Positions 20,930-28,641 of a stretch of 64,000 bases of DNA are shown piece after piece. The stretch covers positions 602,058 to 666,057 of the forward strand of contig JBILTR010000001.1 of the NCBI GenBank assembly GCA_044371425.1, read 5' to 3'. Every line of letters begins with the position of its first letter. Position 1 is the stretch's first letter. The notes under the pieces are model-generated. The model saw only the letters and a program-made list of their open reading frames with translations, was not told where the DNA came from and searched no databases. The position numbers and the translations under genes are program-made. This DNA is from Pirellulaceae bacterium (lineage in GTDB: Bacteria > Planctomycetota > Planctomycetia > Pirellulales > Pirellulaceae).

Positions 20930-21808
20930 CTACGAGATTCTCGATTGGCCCTTCGACCGCCGCCGATTCACGACGCCAAGAAGCGCCGATCCTGCAGCAA
21001 AAATGGCGATCGACCCTGGCTCGGGCACCTGAGTCTCAGTGAAGGCATCGCGAGCCTCTGCCGAGGTGAGACCAAAAGCTAACTTGTAGGTTACTGAGGT
21101 CGTCTGGCCTGCACCCAAGAGAACTCGCAGTCCAAGGTGAGTTCCTTGATCATCGAAGAATCCGTTTCCATCCACCGGGAAATTAAAGAAGTTGTTCAAT
21201 AATGAACCAGTCGATATGTCAAAAGGTCCTCCGGAGGCAACAACAACTCTGGGATCCAGCGAACCAGCTACAAACGTATAGCCTGACAGCGCTGATGCTT
21301 CGCCCGCAACGGTACCTGCCAGACTGAGCACATCATTGAATGTCGAGTAACCATAAAGCGGAACTCCTTGGTCTGGATCGAAAGTGTCGAAATAGCTGAC
21401 CGTTGTTGGCGAGATACCCTGATTCGTCAACTGCGTGGTAATCCGCAGGGCATTTACACCGGGGACAAGACTGTAGCTCCGAGTGAATTGAATATCCGCT
21501 CCACCTCCCCCGTAATTGCCGCTGACTGTAGTGCCAGTGACGGTGACGAATTGTTGCGTGACGCCCTCAGCCGTATTGCGTACAAATGTCCCGGTATCTG
21601 TTCCATTCTGAAATCCAAAATCAGATACGTAGGTCCCCTGCCGAAAGAACTCCGTGCCATTGAATGTCACCGAGTTGATGGCTCCATTGCTGTCCGAGAT
21701 ATCGACGGAAAGCAATCCATTGCTGATCACTGCCGCTTGGAGCTCCGATCTTGTTGCCATCCCAACCAGTGCCGCCATGGCCAGAATTCCCGAGTGCATC
21801 CAGTTCAT
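20930..21808 (-). CDS. PEP-CTERM sorting-domain secreted protein.
   Basis: N-terminal signal peptide MNWMHSGILAMAALVGMA. The C-terminus VPEPGSIAIFAAGSALLGVVNRRRSK is the canonical VPEP + TM + Arg cluster. Confidence 0.75.
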   Translation of the reverse strand: MNWMHSGILAMAALVGMATRSELQAAVISNGLLSVDISDSNGAINSVTFNGTEFFRQGTYVSDFGFQNGTDTGTFVRNTAEGVTQQFVTVTGTTVSGNYGGGGADIQFTRSYSLVPGVNALRITTQLTNQGISPTTVSYFDTFDPDQGVPLYGYSTFNDVLSLAGTVAGEASALSGYTFVAGSLDPRVVVASGGPFDISTGSLLNNFFNFPVDGNGFFDDQGTHLGLRVLLGAGQTTSVTYKLAFGLTSAEARDAFTETQVPEPGSIAIFAAGSALLGVVNRRRSKGQSRIS

Positions 21809-21878
21809 CCTGAGGATCCTCCATTGCTTGAGACATCAAATCCTGCGAAATGCGTAGGTACGATAGGTGGTATGCTTT

Positions 21879-22412
21879 GCTGGAGTCAATGCCAGAAAGA
21901 GAAGAAGCGAAAAGTGGATGGCACCAATTTCGATAGCTAGCCTATCCCCAGTGCGTCTGCATCGACTCGTGGCATGGCCGTCTCGGCCATGCACATCGCC
22001 CCGTCTTTAGGACTAGCGCCGTTCAAAGCATTCCAGACCGCATCACAAACCCCCTTGCGATCGCAGCCTTTGGGATGCGAATGCCAGCAAAAGGCGCAAA
22101 AGGTGGGTGGCACCAATTTCACGAATGCCAGCAAAAAGCGCAAAAGGTGGGTGGCACCAATTTCAGCACCTTGCTGGAGTCAATGCCAGAAAGAGAAGAA
22201 GCGAAAAATGGGTGGCACCAATTTCGATAGCTAGCCTATCCCCAGTGCGTCTGCATCGACTCGTGGCATGGCCGTCTCGGCCATGCACATCGCCCCGTCT
22301 TTAGGACTAGCGCCGTCCAAAGCATTCCAGACCGCATCACAAACCCCCTTGGGATCGCAGCCTTTGGGATGCGAATGCCAGCAAAAAGCGCAAAAGGTGG
22401 GTGGCACCAATT
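21879..22412 (+). repeat. Repeat cluster L: about 1.8 tandem copies of a ~294-bp composite element containing a 9-bp-stem hairpin and tandem 44-bp sub-repeats with core caaaaggtgggtggcaccaa.
   Basis: Unit start gctggagtcaatgccagaaagagaagaagcg occurs at 21879 and 22173. Hairpins at 21972-21992 and 22266-22286. Sub-repeats at 22076-22165. Confidence 0.85.
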
Positions 22413-22734
22413 GGGGTGGAGTGCTAGCAAAAGAGGATGTGGTGCTATCGGCTACTTGAGGGCTCGCAGTCCCAGGCACAATGCCAGCATCCAGGGGGCG
22501 GTCAGGTTGCTAGCTAAGCTGGGAAATCCCCCTCCGACTCGTTCGAATCCTCTTCTTTGAACTGGCTCCCCGTCTGCGACTGACTCTAGACTCCTCCCAC
22601 TGCGGGTTCACGGAGGAGTCCGCATGCAAGGGTTGGGTGTGTCGAATTCCGAGTCGAGACAGCCTACCCCCTGGATTCGAGAGAACCGATCGAACACCCG
22701 ATCCCGCTGGCCTTTCGTCAAGTTGGCCCAGGCG

Positions 22735-24195
22735 ATGGAGTCCAAGAGCATGGAAGCTCGACACGTCCGTCCGGTAGCACCGCGCGCCACCATTTGTCTT
22801 TTGGTGTCCGCTTGTTTGGGTCTGAATCTGGAGTATGCAGCGGCGCAATACCTGCCAGCTGGAGTCCCGGTCGGTTTCTCCGCCCAGCCCGCCCCGTCCA
22901 TGCCGATAACTGCGTACCCGGCCCCCACCGCCTTTGCCCCGACGGTGATGGTCCCAGGAGCAGCATCCGCTCTCCCGCCGCACCAAGCTGCCGCTGGCAT
23001 GGGACGAGCTGTAACCCGCAACTTCATCGTACTGGCCGCTTCTCAGCAACAAGCCGACACGATGGCCGAGGCGGCCGAACGGTATCGATCGCAGTTGGCC
23101 AAGTACTGGCTGGGCCAGGAACTTCCCGATTGGCCACAGCCCTGTCCGATCAGCGTACGAGCTTCCCAGCGGTTGGGGGCTGGTGGATCGACCTCCTTCA
23201 CCCTCATCGGCGGCAGCGTCACAGGGTGGCGGATGCAGGTCCAAGGGAGCGAAGAACGGATCCTCGACAGCGTGCTGCCTCATGAAATCACACATACCAT
23301 CCTGGCGACTCACTTGGCCCCTCTTGGAAAACCGATTCCTCGTTGGGCCGACGAAGGCGCTTGTTCGACGATGGAGCATGCCAGTGAGACGGCCAAGCAC
23401 GAAAAGTATCTGATTCAATTCCTGCAGGAAGGCCGCGGAATAGCGTTCGCCGAAATGTTTCGGATGAAAGAATATCCATCCGATATCATGCCGCTCTATG
23501 CGCAGGGCTACAGCGTTGCGAAGTTCTTGATCGAACAGTCGGGTCCACAGGCTTTCGTGCAGTTCGTCGAATCTGGGATGCGCACCGAAGACTGGGTGGC
23601 GGCGCTGGAGCATCACTATGGGTATCCCTTGGTGGGCAAGCTGCAGACGGCTTGGAATCAGTGGGTCGCCAATGGACGCGGCGCGATCCAACCCTACACC
23701 GCAGTGGCGCTCGGATTGTCCCGTCGCTCCGTGGCGATCGCACAGAATACCTCCCGCGCTACGAACCCCCAGGGAGTCCGGCTGGCCAGCGCCCTCTCGC
23801 CAATCGAGTCGACCGCAGCTCCCTACCAGCCAGCCCTCGCCGCCAGGCCGATCAGTTCCAAGCCAGCCTCAGAGATGCTGACCGAGTCAGGGATTCCGAG
23901 CGATCTACCGGCCAACGAACTTCGTCAATCTTTGGTAGCTCCTGAGCCAATCTCGTTGCCGCCAGCCTTGGCGTCGCTCGCTTCCCCCCCTGCCTCGCTT
24001 CCGCTCCAAGCCCCCCCCGGCGATGCTGGAGCCGTCACTGGGTCTGCACCATCGATCGATCCCATGGCGCTGGCCGCACCTCCTTCTCTCGCAGGCCCTG
24101 CAGCTCTACCTGCACCCGCCTCGCCGGCCCCGCTGCCTTCATCGATCCCTTGGACTACCCCCGCCGCGTCCTCCCCGGATCGGATCGTCCGCTAA
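22735..24195 (+). CDS. Putative secreted zinc metallopeptidase-like protein (HExxH) with a long Pro/Ala/Ser-rich C-terminal tail.
   Basis: Signal peptide after MESKSMEARH; HEITH motif with downstream Glu; ~170-aa low-complexity tail. The antisense ORF 22510-23691 is Arg-rich junk. Confidence 0.5.
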   Translation: MESKSMEARHVRPVAPRATICLLVSACLGLNLEYAAAQYLPAGVPVGFSAQPAPSMPITAYPAPTAFAPTVMVPGAASALPPHQAAAGMGRAVTRNFIVLAASQQQADTMAEAAERYRSQLAKYWLGQELPDWPQPCPISVRASQRLGAGGSTSFTLIGGSVTGWRMQVQGSEERILDSVLPHEITHTILATHLAPLGKPIPRWADEGACSTMEHASETAKHEKYLIQFLQEGRGIAFAEMFRMKEYPSDIMPLYAQGYSVAKFLIEQSGPQAFVQFVESGMRTEDWVAALEHHYGYPLVGKLQTAWNQWVANGRGAIQPYTAVALGLSRRSVAIAQNTSRATNPQGVRLASALSPIESTAAPYQPALAARPISSKPASEMLTESGIPSDLPANELRQSLVAPEPISLPPALASLASPPASLPLQAPPGDAGAVTGSAPSIDPMALAAPPSLAGPAALPAPASPAPLPSSIPWTTPAASSPDRIVR

Positions 24196-24283
24196 AGCCA
24201 ACCATTGCTCCAGCTTCCGTTTCGGGCCATATTGAGAGAGTCAGAGGCTAGGTGGAATCGAACCGTGGGTTGCGATTCGCCTA

Positions 24284-27200
24284 GTGCCTCATCCCTCCTT
24301 TTGCCAGGGGCAGTCGATGGTCCAAGGCAACCGATCCCACCGACCCAATGCTAGGTTTCCCTTCCTCTTCGGCTGGTTCTGCCGGCCAGCGATCGCTTGC
24401 ATGGTACTGCTCCTGAGCGTGACGCAGACCCAAGGGGAGTCGATCGATTTTCAGCGCGAGGTTGCGCCGATCTTTCGCGAGCGATGTCATCATTGCCACG
24501 ATCGCACGCAGCGAGAAGGTGGCTTGCGACTGGATCGTCGCAGCGATGCGATCCTGGGTGGGGATTCCGGCCCAGCATGGATCCCCACCAAAGCCGAAGG
24601 AAGCCTTCTGATCGCTCGAGTCAGCGCAACCGATCCAGATCTGAGGATGCCTCCCGAGGGACCGCCACTGACTGCGGATCAAATCGAAGTGCTTCGCCGC
24701 TGGATCGATGCAGGCGCTCCTTGGAAAGAATCGATGGAGAGCGACGAAGAGCGATCGACGGTCGCTCATTGGGCATGGCAACCGATCACCCCACCGACCA
24801 TTCCGCCGGAGGATCGATCTGCGACAGCCGCCTCCTCTCCGATCGACCGATTCATTCGGCAGAGACTGTCCGAAGAGCGGCTACCACCCGCTCCCACTGC
24901 CGACCGCGCCACCCTGATTCGCCGCATTCACTTCGACTTGATCGGTTTGCCGCCCTCTCCAGAAGAGGTCGATGCATTCGTCGGCGATGATCGACCCGAC
25001 GCCTGGGAGAGGTTGGTCGATCGCCTTCTTGCCTCACCACAGCTTGGGGAGCGTTGGGCTAGACACTGGCTGGATGTCGTCCACTACGGCGACACGCATG
25101 GCTATGACAAAGACAAGTTGCGTCCCTATGCTTGGCCCTATCGCGACTGGGTGATTCGAGCTTTCAACGAAGACCGATCGTACGTGCAGATGATCGAACA
25201 GCAGGTGGCCGGCGACCAGCTCTTCCCAGATCAGCCCGATGGGATTGTGGCGCAGGGCATGATCTCCGCAGGCCCATGGGACTTTATCGGCCACGCAGAA
25301 GTCCCTGAAACCAAGACCGATGGCAAGATCGCTCGGCACCTGGATCGCGATGACATGGTGGCCAATGTGATCGGCACATTCTGCAGCGTGACCATCCACT
25401 GCGCTCAGTGCCACAACCACAAATTCGATCCCATCACCCAGGAAGACTACTATTCGCTCCACGCCGTCTTCGCGGCGCTCGATCGAGCGGATCGGGCTTA
25501 CTATGCCGATCCTGAGATCGGAAAGCTTGCCGGCTCCCTGAGCCAGCGGCGGCGCGAAGTGGCCGCGGAACAGGAAGCTCGTCTCAATCTGCTTCGCGAA
25601 CAGACCGGCGCGGAGATCGTCGAGGTGGAGCGACAATTGGCGGCGTCTCAGAAGTCCGCCGGAAACCCTACCGAAGCATTTGGATACCACAGCGCCCTGA
25701 GCGATCGAGCGGATGCAAAGAAATGGGTGCAGGTCGATCTTGGGGAAGCGATCTCTATGGCAGCCGTTTCGGTGCGCCCCTGTTACGACGATTTCAATCA
25801 GATCGGTGCAGGTTTTGGTTTTCCTAGACGTTATCGCATTCTTGGATCCAGCGACCCACAATTCAAGGACGCATCCACTCTGGTCTTGGTCGACCGCACC
25901 AAGGAGTCGCAGCCCAATCCAGGGACTCGGCCACTCCGATTCGACCAACTGGATGGACGCTTCCGTTATGTGCGACTGGAGGCGACGGAACTGGCACCTA
26001 GGTCGGGCGACTTCATGCTTGCCATCGCTGAGCTGGAGGTGTGGGATCGCGAGGGCCTGAATCTTGCGGCGGGGAAAGCCGTCGAAGCCTTCGATTCGAT
26101 CGAAGCTCCAGCGCGGTGGCAGAAAAGCAATCTGACCGACGGCAAGTTTCCGAGCGATACCTCGGATCAGCCTCCTTCCCACTGGGTCGCTCTAAGAAAC
26201 CAGCTCTTCCAGAAAGCCAATCCAACACTTTTCTCGCAGTGGCAGGAGGCGAGTGAGCTGCTGGATCAATTGGATCAGAAGATCAAGGAACTGCCTTCTC
26301 CACAATTGGCTTACGTCGCGACGGTGCACACTGGCAGCGGCGCTTTTGCGGGGACCGGTGCCAGCGGTGGGAAACCCAGGCCGATCCATCTCTTGCGACG
26401 AGGCAACATTCAGCAGCCTGCACAAGCCGTCGGCCCCGGCAGCCTCTCGATGCTGCGGCATGCACCCAATCGATTCCCGATGGACATGGGGGATACCGAG
26501 GGGAATCGACGAGCGGAACTGGCACGATGGATCGCTCATCGAGACAATCCGTTGACGTGGCGAAGTATCGCCAATCGCATCTGGCAATACCATTTTGGAC
26601 GCGGGATCGTCGAAACAAGCAATGATTTCGGCACCATGGGCTCGGCTCCCAGTCACCCCCAGTTGCTCGATTGGATCGCTTTACGCGTCTTGGAGAGCGA
26701 CGGGTCGCTCAAGCAACTTCATCGCGACATCCTACTTTCGGATACCTACCAACAAGCCAGTGCGGTCGACCTAGAGCGACAAGCTATGGGCGAGGCGGTG
26801 GATCGCGATAATCGGCTGTTGTGGAAGCAGAATCGGCGCAAGCTGGAAGCGGAGGCGGTGCGCGACGCGGTCCTAGCAGTCAGCGGTACACTGCAGCAAT
26901 CGATGGGCGGTCCGGGATATCAGGATTTTGTGATCGAGCACCCGGAGCATTCGCCTCATTATGAATACCACTTGGCAGATCCCTCGGACTGGAAGACCTG
27001 GCGCAGATCGATCTACCGCGTGATTGTCCGCAGCCAGACCCAGCCGTTCATGACCAGCCTCGACTGCGCCGATCCATCGATGCGCGTCGAGAAACGCAAT
27101 GAGAGCATCTCCCCGATCCAGGCACTGACGCTGCTGAACAACGGACTGATGGTCACGCAGGCCAGCCATTTCGCGAAAAGGCTGGAGCGGGAGGTTGGGG

Positions 27201-27361
27201 GGGATCTGGAGATGCAGGTGGAACGAGCGTTTCGGCTGGCGATCGGCCGTACTCCCAGCGAGGACGAGCGACAGGTGCTGCTCGATCTGCGACGGGAGTC
27301 TGGGCTAGCCAATCTATGCCGGGTGCTGCTGAATCTGAACGAGTTTCACTTCATCGATTGA
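24284..27361 (+). CDS. PSCyt1 / DUF1549 / F5-8 type C (discoidin) / DUF1553 (PSD1) protein of the planctomycete-specific cytochrome-like family.
   Basis: CHHCHD heme-like motif near the N-terminus; central discoidin-like segment YVRLEATELAPRSGDFMLAIAELEVWD; DUF1553-type C-terminus; 1025 aa. Confidence 0.8.
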   Translation: MPHPSFCQGQSMVQGNRSHRPNARFPFLFGWFCRPAIACMVLLLSVTQTQGESIDFQREVAPIFRERCHHCHDRTQREGGLRLDRRSDAILGGDSGPAWIPTKAEGSLLIARVSATDPDLRMPPEGPPLTADQIEVLRRWIDAGAPWKESMESDEERSTVAHWAWQPITPPTIPPEDRSATAASSPIDRFIRQRLSEERLPPAPTADRATLIRRIHFDLIGLPPSPEEVDAFVGDDRPDAWERLVDRLLASPQLGERWARHWLDVVHYGDTHGYDKDKLRPYAWPYRDWVIRAFNEDRSYVQMIEQQVAGDQLFPDQPDGIVAQGMISAGPWDFIGHAEVPETKTDGKIARHLDRDDMVANVIGTFCSVTIHCAQCHNHKFDPITQEDYYSLHAVFAALDRADRAYYADPEIGKLAGSLSQRRREVAAEQEARLNLLREQTGAEIVEVERQLAASQKSAGNPTEAFGYHSALSDRADAKKWVQVDLGEAISMAAVSVRPCYDDFNQIGAGFGFPRRYRILGSSDPQFKDASTLVLVDRTKESQPNPGTRPLRFDQLDGRFRYVRLEATELAPRSGDFMLAIAELEVWDREGLNLAAGKAVEAFDSIEAPARWQKSNLTDGKFPSDTSDQPPSHWVALRNQLFQKANPTLFSQWQEASELLDQLDQKIKELPSPQLAYVATVHTGSGAFAGTGASGGKPRPIHLLRRGNIQQPAQAVGPGSLSMLRHAPNRFPMDMGDTEGNRRAELARWIAHRDNPLTWRSIANRIWQYHFGRGIVETSNDFGTMGSAPSHPQLLDWIALRVLESDGSLKQLHRDILLSDTYQQASAVDLERQAMGEAVDRDNRLLWKQNRRKLEAEAVRDAVLAVSGTLQQSMGGPGYQDFVIEHPEHSPHYEYHLADPSDWKTWRRSIYRVIVRSQTQPFMTSLDCADPSMRVEKRNESISPIQALTLLNNGLMVTQASHFAKRLEREVGGDLEMQVERAFRLAIGRTPSEDERQVLLDLRRESGLANLCRVLLNLNEFHFID

Positions 27362-27393
27362 AGGTGGTTAGAACCAAGCACTGACAGCCAAGT

Positions 27394-28290
27394 TCAGATG
27401 TCGGCGCCTCGCGAAACACTCGCTTCCACCTGGGCTAGATGCGGATTCTTTTTTCTCGCCCAAAGGTTCAGCATCTCGACCCCCAGAGAGAAGGCCATGC
27501 CGAAGTAGACGTAGCCTTTGTTGATGTGAGTCCCCAATCCTTCAGCCACCAGCATCACGCCGATCATGATCAAAAAGGAGAGAGCCAGCATCTTGATGGT
27601 TGGATTGGCTTCCACAAAACGAGCGACTGGTCCGGCGAAAATCATCATCACGAAGATCGCGATCATCATCGCTGCAATCATGACGCGTACATCGTCCGCC
27701 ATTCCGACTGCGGTGATGACCGAATCGAGCGAGAAGATGATGTCGAGCAGGGCGATCTGCGCCAGAGCGCTGCCGAAGGAGGGCGGTTTGCGTAGGGAGT
27801 TCCCATGTTCGTCATGTTCTGGATCAATCAGGTGGTGAATCTCTTTGACACTTTTCACGAGAAGGAAAAGCCCACCTAGAATCAGGATGACATCCTTCCA
27901 GGAGACTTGGTTCATTTCCTGATTGTCTTTCAGTTGGAACCATTCTTTGATCTGCTGCCAGGGCAGCAGATCATCGACCTCAAAGATGGGCTTCACCAAA
28001 TGCATGATCCAAAAGATGCTCAGGATGAGCACGACGCGAAGCACCATTGCCAAGAGCAGACCCAGTTGCCGCGCTTTGGCCTGGCTTTCCTTGGGGAGTC
28101 TAGCGGTGATGATGGAGATGAAAACGACATTGTCGATCCCCAGAACGATTTCCATCGCGGCCAGTGCGATCAAAGCGATCGCAGCACCCATCGCCGTCGA
28201 AGAACCGTCGACGGCGATAGCACCACCTGCAGCCAGCAATCCCGATCCGGTCAGCCCAGTCCCCAGCAACCACTCCAGCATCATCAACAC
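27394..28290 (-). CDS. TerC family integral membrane protein (YkoY/Alx-like).
   Basis: Multiple TM helices; conserved TerC motifs LGIDNVVFISI and LSLDSVITAVGMADD. Confidence 0.8.
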   Translation of the reverse strand: MLMMLEWLLGTGLTGSGLLAAGGAIAVDGSSTAMGAAIALIALAAMEIVLGIDNVVFISIITARLPKESQAKARQLGLLLAMVLRVVLILSIFWIMHLVKPIFEVDDLLPWQQIKEWFQLKDNQEMNQVSWKDVILILGGLFLLVKSVKEIHHLIDPEHDEHGNSLRKPPSFGSALAQIALLDIIFSLDSVITAVGMADDVRVMIAAMMIAIFVMMIFAGPVARFVEANPTIKMLALSFLIMIGVMLVAEGLGTHINKGYVYFGMAFSLGVEMLNLWARKKNPHLAQVEASVSRGADI

Positions 28291-28641
28291 AGGTCCTCAG
28301 CAAGGAAAGAAATCGCGGCTGGACCAGATTTTTCTGCCAGTTCGCCCGCCGAAGAAGTGTACCACGTTTGCAAGCCATCTGCCGTCCTCGAGGAACCGGA
28401 GGGCAATGGCTAGATGGCAGGTCCGCAGTTGGATTGGCCCCGGTTTGATGGCTTGTTGCGGTAAAGATGGCTAGAATTCGAGCGTGGAGTTATGGGAGTT
28501 GGTGGCCGGGTGGGGTCTCCGGTCGATGGACCCAAATGCTTCCATGTCCCATCGCTCCATGGGCTATGGTTTTCAGGACCTAGTGTTTTCGGACCTGGGT
28601 TTGGAGGGGCTGGGTTCGGAAACCGGAAGGAACCGTCTGCG

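Noticed and set aside
21879-22412. Possible CRISPR array (regularly repeated 20-mer caaaaggtgggtggcaccaa; mirrored at 30822-31342)
   Set aside because: The repeats are contiguous tandem sub-units of a larger duplicated element, and the intervening 'spacers' are themselves repeated. No unique spacers exist and no cas genes are nearby.
22520-22560. tRNA-like GTTCGAATCC motif (ccgactcgttcgaatcctc)
   Set aside because: The flanking bases cannot form a T-stem (actcg versus cctct), and no acceptor, D or anticodon arms can be drawn. It is a chance match.
22510-23691. 393-aa minus-strand ORF overlapping the HExxH gene
   Set aside because: The translation is extremely Arg/Gly-rich with no signal peptide or motifs. 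The plus strand gives a signal peptide plus an HExxH protein.
25034-26182. 382-aa minus-strand ORF
   Set aside because: Antisense shadow of the PSCyt/DUF1553 gene 24284-27361.
28291-28500. yybP-ykoY Mn2+ riboswitch upstream of the TerC gene
   Set aside because: The reverse-complement leader lacks the conserved GGGGAGUAG / UUGACA-type blocks; only a generic palindrome is present.
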